A stretch of DNA of 64,000 nucleotides, taken from positions 545 to 64,544 of the IMG/VR virus record IMGVR_UViG_3300020596_000001; one strand, 5' to 3'. This DNA is from a virus (taxonomy: Duplodnaviria; Caudoviricetes). This document shows, in pieces, positions 55,572 to 64,000 of the stretch (position 1 is the first letter of the stretch; each line of letters begins with the position of its first letter). A program made the translations under genes and the position numbers. The notes below the pieces were generated by a model. That model did not search any database and had not been told where the DNA came from. It saw only the letters and a program-made list of their open reading frames with translations.

Positions 55572-57463
55572 TGTCCGTAGAAACACTTATCGCAGCCGCG
55601 CAAGCCTATGTGGCCACCGTCACAGAGTCGGCTGACACTGCGGTCAGCAACATGCGCGACGACATTGATGACGTCGGGAAAATCATTGTTATCCCTCTCG
55701 ACGTAACGCTACCGAACGAGCCCGAGATCCCCGAGATCACGTCCTCGCCCACGCTTGAAACGATCAACCTGGACCTGGCAACAGAGCCCAGTTCGGACAT
55801 CGATTTCACCGTCATCAGCCAGATCGAGCGCGGTACGCTGCCCGTGCTCACGGCAGCGGCGCCGACCATCGTGCCACCGACGCTACCCGTGCAACTGACG
55901 GCCTTTGCCGAGACGCCACCACCGATCACCACGGAGTTCGACTTTCCCGTCATCCCCGCGCGGCTGGACGATGTTGTCTCTGAGCCGACCCTGGGAACCT
56001 ACACCACCCCGGTCAAGCCAACAATCGCGTTGCCATCGTTTGACGCAACCGCGCCTGACGACACCCTAACGGTCCCAACCAACCTAGCCGGGACGCTTGA
56101 TACGCAATGGCGCAACGCATCACCCATGTTTATTGCTGCCCTCAAGGGGCAGATGGATGCGATGCTCACCGAGGTCAACCCGCAGTTTCACACCCAGATG
56201 GCGGCCATCGAGACACAACTGACCGCCTACCTTGCAGGCGGCACCGGCTTCAGCCCCACGGTCGAGAACGCCATCTACGCCAAGTCGGCCGGCGTCAATG
56301 CAGCAGAGCACCGTCGCACGGCAGACGCTGCGTGGCAGGAGTCGGCATCGCGTGGGTTCACCATGCCCGGCGGATCGATCCTGTCCGGTCTGCAAAGGTC
56401 GCGCCAGTCCTACGCCGACAAGCAGGCGGCACTTGCCGGCGAGCGACTGGTCAAGGCCTATGAGGTCGAGCAACAGAACCTGCAGTTCGCAGTGACCACC
56501 TCGTCAGGCCTGCGTCAGACGATGCTCAGTGCTGCACTGTCGTACCACGGCAGCCTGGTGCAGATCAACGGGCAAGCCCTGTCCTATGCACAGGCCATCC
56601 TGTCGGCCATCGTCGAGGCGTTCAACCTGGAGGTCAAGGCGTTCTCTGCCCGGCTTGACGCCTACAAGACAGAGGCGAACGTCTTTGATGTCAGGCTCAA
56701 GGCCGCGCTTTCCTACATCGACCTGTACAAAGCCGAGATCGATGCCCTGCAGGCGCTGCTGCAAGTCGATCAAGCCAAGGTCTCGATGTACAGGGGCAGG
56801 ATCGACGCATTGCAGGCGCTGGCCGGCGTCTACAAATCACGCATCGACGCGGTGGTGTCCCAAGCATCCCTTGAAAAGCTCAAACTGGACCTGTTCCGGG
56901 CCAAGACCGATGCGTATGGCCTTCAGGTGCAGAACAAACGGTTCGAGTACGACGCACATTCGGCGGCCATCCAAGGCAACGACCAACTGGTGCGCCTGTA
57001 CCTGGGCCAGCTTGGCGCCTACAACGCGCAGCTCGACGGGTTCAAGGCCGACATATCCGCACAAGCCGAAGTCGTGCGGGCGCAGTCCCTGACCAACGAG
57101 GCCAAGGCCGATCAGGTCAAGGCCGATGTCAGCGTGTACGAGGCAACCACGCGCGCACGCAGCGACGTTGTGCGCTCAAAGATAGCCATCCAAGGGCAGC
57201 AACTGAGCGTGGTCGACGGCCAGAACCGGGTGGCCATTGCCAAGGCAGAGGTGGAAAACTCTATCTACCAGACGATTGCCAATGTGACGATGGCCAACAA
57301 GCGCACCAATCTGGATGGCCATATCAAGAACGCTGAACTTAATCTGGGACGCACCAAGGCGGTCGCTGACCTTGGCATTGCATCGGCAGAGATCTACAAG
57401 GGCCTGGCCGGCGCTGCACTGTCAGGGCTCAATACGCTTGTCTCGCAGAACAAGGAAGAGTGA
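55571..57463 (+). CDS. Virion protein, Pro-rich N-terminus and long coiled coil
   Basis: 630 aa; ASRGFTMPGG motif; heptad-rich C-terminal half. Confidence 0.65.
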   Translation: MSVETLIAAAQAYVATVTESADTAVSNMRDDIDDVGKIIVIPLDVTLPNEPEIPEITSSPTLETINLDLATEPSSDIDFTVISQIERGTLPVLTAAAPTIVPPTLPVQLTAFAETPPPITTEFDFPVIPARLDDVVSEPTLGTYTTPVKPTIALPSFDATAPDDTLTVPTNLAGTLDTQWRNASPMFIAALKGQMDAMLTEVNPQFHTQMAAIETQLTAYLAGGTGFSPTVENAIYAKSAGVNAAEHRRTADAAWQESASRGFTMPGGSILSGLQRSRQSYADKQAALAGERLVKAYEVEQQNLQFAVTTSSGLRQTMLSAALSYHGSLVQINGQALSYAQAILSAIVEAFNLEVKAFSARLDAYKTEANVFDVRLKAALSYIDLYKAEIDALQALLQVDQAKVSMYRGRIDALQALAGVYKSRIDAVVSQASLEKLKLDLFRAKTDAYGLQVQNKRFEYDAHSAAIQGNDQLVRLYLGQLGAYNAQLDGFKADISAQAEVVRAQSLTNEAKADQVKADVSVYEATTRARSDVVRSKIAIQGQQLSVVDGQNRVAIAKAEVENSIYQTIANVTMANKRTNLDGHIKNAELNLGRTKAVADLGIASAEIYKGLAGAALSGLNTLVSQNKEE

Positions 57464-57477
57464 TAATCGGGGCCTGC

Positions 57478-57553
57478 ATGTCGGTAGCTCAATTGGCAGA
57501 GCGTCGGTCTCCAAAACCGAAGGTTGTGGGTTCGATTCCTACTCGATATGCCA
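57478..57553 (+). tRNA. tRNA-Trp (CCA)
   Basis: 76 nt cloverleaf: ATGTCGG/TCGATAT acceptor, GCTC/GAGC D-stem, TCGGT-CTCCAAA-ACCGA, TTCGATT T-loop, encoded CCA. Confidence 0.92.
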
Positions 57554-57560
57554 GAATCAC

Positions 57561-57647
57561 GGATGACAAGCATCAAAGGTGATGCAGCGGACTGTAAATC
57601 CGCCGTCTTACAAGGCACGCTAGGTTCGATCCCTAGGTTGTCCACCA
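57561..57647 (+). tRNA. tRNA-Tyr (GTA), atypical D-arm
   Basis: GGATGAC/GTTGTCC acceptor, GCGGA-CTGTAAA-TCCGC, long variable arm, CTAGG-TTCGATC-CCTAG, ACCA end; position 8 is A. Confidence 0.85.
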
Positions 57648-57675
57648 ATCAGCCATCCATGCGTTGGCAACGGCA

Positions 57676-57720
57676 TTGCCCCCGGCATTTATCGCCAGAC
57701 CCCCGTAGCTTGCTCAGAAT
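57676..57720 (+). promoter_or_regulatory. Putative late promoter motif, copy 7 (ejection proteins)
   Basis: TTGCCCCCGGC-ATTTATC-GCCAGA-N15-CAGAAT, then 6 nt to ATG 57727. Confidence 0.7.
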
Positions 57721-57726
57721 GCGCCC

Positions 57727-59847
57727 ATGCAACAGAGGGCACATTCGATGCAAGCCAACCACACCAAACTGGGCGCCGTTCGCAGCTATGCCGAAGGCGG
57801 GCTGATCACTCAGATCAAGCGGGGCCTGAACAAGCTGGTGGGCAACAACCCCGATGCAATGAAGCAGCGCGGCAGGTCTGCGCAGATCGAGGCGCCACCG
57901 GCCACATCAGTTCCAGCGGGCTACTCCAGCGGCACACCGACCAAGGACAACCCGGCAGGGATCAAGTTCGCCAAGGGCGGCGAGGTCAATGGCAAGGGCA
58001 CCGGCACCAGCGACGACATCCATATCATGGCCAGCAATGGCGAGTACATGGTCAAGGCCGCAGCCGTGAAAAAGCTGGGCGTGCCGTTTATGAACAAGCT
58101 CAACGCCATTGCCGACGGTGACAAGGCCAGTGCGAAGAACCCACGGCTGGGCGCGGTGAAGGGCAAGTACGAGGTGGGCGGCGGCGTAACACCCGAGGAC
58201 CGGTTGCGCCAGAGTCGTGTTGCTCCATACGTGAATCACCGGGCGCCAAGCGGCCCACCGGTCATGCAGGCGCCATTGCAGATCGGCAACAGCGCGCCAC
58301 CTCCGGGATCGGCAGTTGCCACCACCGGCAGGCCAAACTTCACCATGGGAGGCGCACCGGCACAGCCACCAGCGGCCACGCCGACATTTACCGATGTGCG
58401 TCCGAAGTTCGACTTTGCAGGCGCATCAAAGGAGGCCAAGGCATTCATGGCAGATCGCGCGGTCAATCCCGCTGCGCAACCTGCCGGCGCTGCTGCATCA
58501 ACGCCAGTCCAGGCACCAAGCATGGCCAGTCGCGCACTCGGGGCCGTCAAGGGCATGTCTCGCGCGGCAGTGGGCGCCACTGGCGGCGCAGTCCTATCGG
58601 CAGTGCCAGAGGTCATATCAACAGCGCAAGTCGCGCAAGACCCAAACGCAACCGGCATTGATGTCGGCACTCAGGCAGCGGAAGGCGGCGGGCGCGTTGC
58701 AGCCGCCATCGCTGGCGCAGGAAAGGGCGCGGCCATTGGCAGCTCCCTTGGCCGGGTCGGTATGGTTGTCGGCGGTCTTGCTGGCGGCGCACTTGGCTAC
58801 TACGGCGCGGACAAGGCCATCCAATACGGGCGCAGCCTTATCGGCACTGACCCGACATCCCCGGTCGACCGCATCCAAGCACCTGTAGCACCTGTAGCAG
58901 CTGCACCAGCAGGCGCAGTTCCCCCGAGGATCGAAGGACGCGGCAACGGTCAGCGCATGGGCATGCAAGACCCGCGCATCGTCACGCCACAGCTTCAGGC
59001 CGCACCGCAGCCCCAGGCAGCACTCGGGGAAGTCAGCGGTCAGGTCACGCGCGACGGCAATTCGTATTCTGGCGGGAACGTGTCAGGACTTGTCAATTTC
59101 GTGGACAAGAACGGCAACGCGCGGCCATCGGGCGGCGGCTTCGTGGCCGGTACCGGCGACGGGACTTTCACCTACGGCGGATCAAGCAACCGATCGAACC
59201 TTGACGGTCAGGTCAATGCTGCCCTGGACGCCGCTGCGGCCCGTGGTGACACTGAGGCACTGCGGCAATACTACGGCGGGAACTTCGGCACGCGAGTTGC
59301 TGGGGATGATGCCGAGTTCGCACTGATGAACAACGGCAAGCCCATGACGGCGCGCAAGCTGGGTGCGATCAGCAAGGCCAGGGCAGAGCGTGCAGCTACC
59401 GGCGACAGCGCCAAGGACCGTGCATTCAACGAGCGCAAGTTCGGCGCAGAGCAGGCCGGTCGCGGCGAGGACCGCAAGCTGGCGCGCGAGAAGTTCGACG
59501 TCGACGCAGCTGGTGCCAAACTCGATCAGGCATCCAAGGCGCGGCTGGACGCGGCCCAGGCGGCCATCGCAGACCCGAAATCGACGCCTGAGCAGCGCAA
59601 GACAGCTGTGGAGGTGTTCGACTCGCTGATGGGCAGGACCAAGGTTCCTGCGAAGCCGTTGGGATTCAAAGCCATTTCCGCCGGCACCGACGCAAGGGGG
59701 AACCCACTGCCCCCTGTCATATACAGCGAGGACACCGGGGACGTGAAGGTACAGCAGGAACCAGCGCCATACGCCGACGGGACCAAGATCAAGGGCAAGG
59801 ACGGCAAGAACTACGTGGTCAAGAACGGCAAGCCAGTTCTGGAATAA
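57727..59847 (+). CDS. Internal virion/DNA ejection (pilot-like) protein
   Basis: AKGGEVNGKGTGTSDDIHIMASNGEYMVKAAAV motif; Gly/Ala glycine-zipper hydrophobic segment. Confidence 0.7.
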   Translation: MQQRAHSMQANHTKLGAVRSYAEGGLITQIKRGLNKLVGNNPDAMKQRGRSAQIEAPPATSVPAGYSSGTPTKDNPAGIKFAKGGEVNGKGTGTSDDIHIMASNGEYMVKAAAVKKLGVPFMNKLNAIADGDKASAKNPRLGAVKGKYEVGGGVTPEDRLRQSRVAPYVNHRAPSGPPVMQAPLQIGNSAPPPGSAVATTGRPNFTMGGAPAQPPAATPTFTDVRPKFDFAGASKEAKAFMADRAVNPAAQPAGAAASTPVQAPSMASRALGAVKGMSRAAVGATGGAVLSAVPEVISTAQVAQDPNATGIDVGTQAAEGGGRVAAAIAGAGKGAAIGSSLGRVGMVVGGLAGGALGYYGADKAIQYGRSLIGTDPTSPVDRIQAPVAPVAAAPAGAVPPRIEGRGNGQRMGMQDPRIVTPQLQAAPQPQAALGEVSGQVTRDGNSYSGGNVSGLVNFVDKNGNARPSGGGFVAGTGDGTFTYGGSSNRSNLDGQVNAALDAAAARGDTEALRQYYGGNFGTRVAGDDAEFALMNNGKPMTARKLGAISKARAERAATGDSAKDRAFNERKFGAEQAGRGEDRKLAREKFDVDAAGAKLDQASKARLDAAQAAIADPKSTPEQRKTAVEVFDSLMGRTKVPAKPLGFKAISAGTDARGNPLPPVIYSEDTGDVKVQQEPAPYADGTKIKGKDGKNYVVKNGKPVLE

Positions 59848-59850
59848 CCC

Positions 59851-62800
59851 ATGGAAAAAGTGAATTGGGATGACTTCACGCCGGTTGACTCCAGTGTGAA
59901 GAAACAAGAAGCACCGGTCGATTGGTCGCAGTTTGAACCGCGCAAACCAGCCGGCGCACTGCGCAAGTTGGGTGATGCCGGGCTTGGGTTCGTCCAAGGC
60001 GCAGCCGGTGGCACCAAGGCACTGGTGGCCGACTCGGTAGGTGCCGGGAACCGGGTATCGAAGGCACTGGGCGCTGTCAGCCAGGGCGCCGGGCGCCTGA
60101 TGAGTCAGGACGCGCAGGACGAGATCGCCGCGCGCCAGGCCAAGATCAAGGCAGCGGAGGCCGGCGGGTCGACGATGAACGAGATCGGCGCCACGCTGGG
60201 CGGGATTGCCGAGGCTCCAGTACGCTCGATAGCGCAGGGCGCGGGTTCACTCGCCCCTACGCTGTTGGCGGCGTATCTGACCAAGGGCCGGTCGCTGAAG
60301 ACTCAGTTGGGTATTCGTGGGGGAGTCGGTGCAGCACAGGGCTTAGGCGCGGTCAAGGGCTCAATCTACGACGCCGTCGAGCAAAAGCAGATCGAAGCGG
60401 GCATGACCCCGGCGCAGGCCCAGGCCAAGGCTGATGAGGCGCAGTCGTACACCGGTGAGAATGCGGCAAACATTGCCATCGGCGGCGTAGGCGGCGTTCT
60501 GGCGAGCCTAACTGGTGCAGAGAGTGCCATTATGGGCACGGGCGGGCGCGCTGTACTGCGCAGGATCGGCAAAGCAGCGGGTGCGGAAACACTGACCGAG
60601 GGCCCGCAGGGCGGTCAGGAACGGTATGCCTCCAACGTGGCCGAGCAGCGCCAGGGCTTTGACACCCCGACGTTCCAGGGCGTGGCAGGTCGGACAGTTG
60701 GTGATGGTGTCATCGGCGGCATCGTGGGCGGTGGGGTCGGAGCCATTGCGGGCGGCCCAAAACAGATCCAAAACGCATCCACACTGCCTCCAATCAACCC
60801 GCCACCGCCACCCGGCGCACCAGATGCCGGATTCGACCCGAGCCAGCCCGATCCGGCTAATCAGACACCAGGTGTCTATTTACAGCCGGGCGCGCCAGTT
60901 CCGGGCGCAGGGTACGTGCCTGGTGATTCGCTTTTCGGGCATCCAGAAGATACGGGCGAGCCGCTGCCAGAAGATGGCTACATGAACCCGGAAACCGGCC
61001 AGCGGTTCGTCCCGGAGGATGACCGCAAGCAGTGGTTCGATTTAGCCAGTCGCGGCTTGGAGCCGACCTATATCGAACCGCCACCGGTCACTGCATCCCA
61101 AGCCATGGGCATCAACCCGTCTGCTGGTCCCACCTCTGCGGCGGCTGCAATCGCTGTTGATTCCGGGGCCACGGAGGTGGTCCAGCGCCAGCAAGCCGAG
61201 CAGCAAGCAGCCGAGATTGCGAAAAAACAGGACAAGTCCCAAAAGTCAGGCCAGGATGCGGCAAAAGCCGATGTCGGAATTCGGACATCGGAACCATTTC
61301 AGCAACCCACCACGCCAGCAGCTGGCCCCATTGCCGCTGCCGTTTCACAGATTCCATCAACCCCAGGAGTAGTAGATGCGCAAGCCGCTCAAGCCGTCCA
61401 AGTCAACCCGCAACAGCCTGAACAGTCCGGGCCTATCCCCGGAGCAGCGGGAGGAATTGAAAGCCCTTCGCAGCCAGCAGGACCGGCGAACGTATCTGAT
61501 GCAGGAACTGAACAAGCGGGCGGTACCGGGAATGCACTGACACGCGGGCAGCGGTTCAGGGCGGTGATTGAGGCAAAGCAGGCAGAGCGGGCGGCGAAGG
61601 CGGCAAATGATGCGCCACCGGTCAATCCGCTGGAAACGTCACCGTCGACTGCACCACAAGAGTCTCCCCGTTCCGGAGTGTCACTGACGGGACAAAGCGA
61701 AACCCGCAGTCAAAACGTACCATCTCTCCCAGCATCAACGGCTGGCGAGGTCCGACAAACTCAAGGTCTGGACGCAGAAAATCCTCCAGCGCCTGGTCGT
61801 CAGGATGGACAAAAGCAAGGTACGGTTCAGCCATCCGCAAATGATACGCCAGTACCCGATCCAGCCAGCTTGAAAGATCGAGTAAATGGCATCAAAGCCG
61901 AAATGGCGGATGTTGCTGCTGCGAAAAAAGCCATGGGCACGCAGCAAGCGGGAGAAGACAAAACCACGCAAATTGCGCGTGCAAAGCTGGACCTGCAGGC
62001 AAAGCGGCTATGGCAAAAACTTGCCGAAGCACTCCCAGACAACAGCAAGAACGCTGCCGCCGCAAAGGATGCCGCAGACGAACTTGAGTCGAAGATCAGC
62101 CGCATTGAATCTGACGCAAGTGATACGCCAGCACCAGTGCAAGCGCCAGCGGATGACGCAATACTGCCGACGAAAATGGCGCCTGCCATTGACGGTCTGC
62201 ACAACAGGATCATTAACCTGAAAAGCACGGTTCTGTTGAGCGATTCTGGTGGACGGAAAATATTCGCAATCAAAGATCCATCTATCCCGGACAAATTGAA
62301 GTACCGCGTCAGAGGACGGTTCCCTGTATCTGAGTCGTTCGAAATTAAGGAAAAGGCCGACGTTACCGGGATCGCGCAAGATCGTGGGTATGTGCTGATC
62401 GACAAGCGCGAGCAGGTTGCATCACGCAGCAAGCCGGCCGCTGAGGCCACCCCATCCAAGGAACCCGGCGCCGGCCTGAAGAAGATGAGGGTGGCAAAGG
62501 CGAAGAAGGATGCGGCGAAGGCACCAGACACGGAATTTGTCAAGATCAAGGATAGGTTTGGGGGGAACATCCATGTCAAGCAATCCGACTTGGATGGTGA
62601 GCGGACCTTGTTGCCGATGTACACGGCAAAGGGAGATCGCGCTGGCAAATCCATCCACCGCGAGAACCTTGATCCAGACGGAACCAAGTTGGCAGCGAGC
62701 AACGCCGAAAACGCCAGCAATCCGCTCATGGATGTCATCACGGCAAAGCAAGGCAATGCCTTTGCAACAGCAGCAGCGGCCCAGCGAGAACTAAACACCA

Positions 62801-64000
62801 GGGCTCTGAGTGAGTCACATGAGGTGGTCCCAATCGGTGACGGATACGTCGTTAAGAAAAAAGGTTTGCCAAAACCCTACAACGATGATCCGCGAAATAG
62901 CCCTGTCATGGAGTCACAAGATGGCTTCATTGTTGGCCAATCCGTTGACGTTCCGAGCAGGACTATCGGGCGATCTACGGTTGAGTCGCTGTACACCAGA
63001 ACAATGCCTGGGTTTGACGCCCCGATGCTCATGGCCCGTATCAAAAATGCGGAAGGCAAGGCCATCGATGTGCTGACAAGTGAGTTGAAGGCAACCTCCG
63101 AAGCGCAGAACCTGACCGGGCAGCAGGATGTTTTCAGTGCGCCAGAACCAGCAAAGCCAGAGGCGAAGGGGAAGCCTGATGCAGCGTTCGCCCGTGGCAA
63201 CCCCTTCTACAGCGCCCTGACACGCGAGGTCGGCAAGATCCCGGCCAAGGCCCAGGGTGCAGGCGGGTGGCAGTTGAACCTGATCGGCCTGGTCAAGGCG
63301 GGCAAGGTCAAGCAGGACGAGATCGAATGGTCGGGCGTCACCGACTGGCTGAAACTGCAGACCGGCAAGGTCACGAAGGAACAGATCACCGAGTACCTGG
63401 AGTCGAATGGGGTTCAGGTCACGGAGACGGTGCTGGGCAAAGAGAAGCCCCGCGAGAACGAGTACGCGATTGTTGAAGAAGATGATGGCTACAACGTAGA
63501 GGCTGGAGGAACAAGAATGTTCCCCGATGCGGTGAGCTACGAAGAGGCTGAATCGGCTATTGATGAGATGCAAGGGAATGACGATGCTGATCTCACCGAT
63601 CAAACCAAGTTCGGCAAATACCAACTCCCTGGCGGCCCACTTTCACGCGACACAGAAATTCTGACCCGCGACGGATGGCTTCGGATGGACGAAGTACAGG
63701 TCGGCGACATCGCCATGACGCGGCGTGATGAAGATGGCGCGCTGGAGTGGCAGGAAGTGGAGGCTGTGCCAACCGTCTTTGCCGACAAGCTATACCATTT
63801 TAAGAACCAATCTATCAACATGCGCGTCACGGCTTGCCACAACATGCTTGTGAAGCGCCGCCGCCGCTCATCGCAAGGATTGTTCAGGGCCAAAGCCGCC
63901 GAGCTTTGGGGGATGGCCGAGTGTGTGGCCCCGCTTACCGGGTTGTGGGCCGGCGTGGGCGACGGCATCCTGTACGGGTACGATGCTGGCGACGCTGCGG
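59851..64000 (+). CDS. N-terminal part of the giant internal virion protein (3'-partial; intein from 63637)
   Basis: Starts MEKVNWDDF; no stop in the segments I translated, and absence from the ORF track fits no stop before 64000; Gly/Ala-rich N-terminus; FYSAL..VKQDEIEWSG..KVTKEQI domain; ..KYQLPGG. Confidence 0.85.
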   Translation, partial: MEKVNWDDFTPVDSSVKKQEAPVDWSQFEPRKPAGALRKLGDAGLGFVQGAAGGTKALVADSVGAGNRVSKALGAVSQGAGRLMSQDAQDEIAARQAKIKAAEAGGSTMNEIGATLGGIAEAPVRSIAQGAGSLAPTLLAAYLTKGRSLKTQLGIRGGVGAAQGLGAVKGSIYDAVEQKQIEAGMTPAQAQAKADEAQSYTGENAANIAIGGVGGVLASLTGAESAIMGTGGRAVLRRIGKAAGAETLTEGPQGGQERYASNVAEQRQGFDTPTFQGVAGRTVGDGVIGGIVGGGVGAIAGGPKQIQNASTLPPINPPPPPGAPDAGFDPSQPDPANQTPGVYLQPGAPVPGAGYVPGDSLFGHPEDTGEPLPEDGYMNPETGQRFVPEDDRKQWFDLASRGLEPTYIEPPPVTASQAMGINPSAGPTSAAAAIAVDSGATEVVQRQQAEQQAAEIAKKQDKSQKSGQDAAKADVGIRTSEPFQQPTTPAAGPIAAAVSQIPSTPGVVDAQAAQAVQVNPQQPEQSGPIPGAAGGIESPSQPAGPANVSDAGTEQAGGTGNALTRGQRFRAVIEAKQAERAAKAANDAPPVNPLETSPSTAPQESPRSGVSLTGQSETRSQNVPSLPASTAGEVRQTQGLDAENPPAPGRQDGQKQGTVQPSANDTPVPDPASLKDRVNGIKAEMADVAAAKKAMGTQQAGEDKTTQIARAKLDLQAKRLWQKLAEALPDNSKNAAAAKDAADELESKISRIESDASDTPAPVQAPADDAILPTKMAPAIDGLHNRIINLKSTVLLSDSGGRKIFAIKDPSIPDKLKYRVRGRFPVSESFEIKEKADVTGIAQDRGYVLIDKREQVASRSKPAAEATPSKEPGAGLKKMRVAKAKKDAAKAPDTEFVKIKDRFGGNIHVKQSDLDGERTLLPMYTAKGDRAGKSIHRENLDPDGTKLAASNAENASNPLMDVITAKQGNAFATAAAAQRELNTRALSESHEVVPIGDGYVVKKKGLPKPYNDDPRNSPVMESQDGFIVGQSVDVPSRTIGRSTVESLYTRTMPGFDAPMLMARIKNAEGKAIDVLTSELKATSEAQNLTGQQDVFSAPEPAKPEAKGKPDAAFARGNPFYSALTREVGKIPAKAQGAGGWQLNLIGLVKAGKVKQDEIEWSGVTDWLKLQTGKVTKEQITEYLESNGVQVTETVLGKEKPRENEYAIVEEDDGYNVEAGGTRMFPDAVSYEEAESAIDEMQGNDDADLTDQTKFGKYQLPGGPLSRDTEILTRDGWLRMDEVQVGDIAMTRRDEDGALEWQEVEAVPTVFADKLYHFKNQSINMRVTACHNMLVKRRRRSSQGLFRAKAAELWGMAECVAPLTGLWAGVGDGILYGYDAGDAA
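63637..64000 (+). mobile_element. N-terminal part of intein starting with Pro
   Basis: PLSRDTEILTRDGW..VQVGD (block A); MRVTACHNMLV (block B TxxH). Confidence 0.85.

Noticed and set aside
59708-59760. Eighth copy of the late promoter motif (CTGCCCCCTGT)
   Set aside because: Mismatches in the core, and no second box or -10-like hexamer at the fixed spacing.

Overview
The window is a nearly complete, circularly permuted genome of a GC-rich tailed phage. It is podovirus-like (P22-type portal, large ejection proteins, no tape measure or tail tube gene recognised), and the host is inferred to be a betaproteobacterium. One giant internal virion protein gene starts at 59851, runs off the right end inside an intein, and resumes at the left end to finish at 5705. 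Layout: appendage/tail module (6.8-10.4 kb); lysis (10.5-12.8 kb); leftward early genes including ERF, YqaJ and SSB (12.8-23.5 kb); a back-to-back promoter/operator pair with a Cro-like gene but no cI or integrase; replication/nin region (helicase, primase, RusA, two DNA methyltransferases, NinB, Tad1-like anti-defence sponge); packaging, head and tail genes; tRNA-Trp and tRNA-Tyr; ejection proteins. The standout is a complete four-enzyme NDP-heptose pathway (HldC, GmhB, HldA, GmhA, two of them between terS and terL), plus a GT9 heptosyltransferase-like gene and two methyltransferases directly after the capsid genes. I infer a virion (methyl-)heptosylation system, with Thr/Ser-rich repeat fibres as candidate acceptors. 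Also notable: a 7-copy putative late-promoter motif (TTGCCCCCGGY-N7-GHCRRM-N15-NANNNT) and a Pro1 class-3-like intein lacking the canonical Trp. All calls come from motif recognition by eye; no database searches were run.
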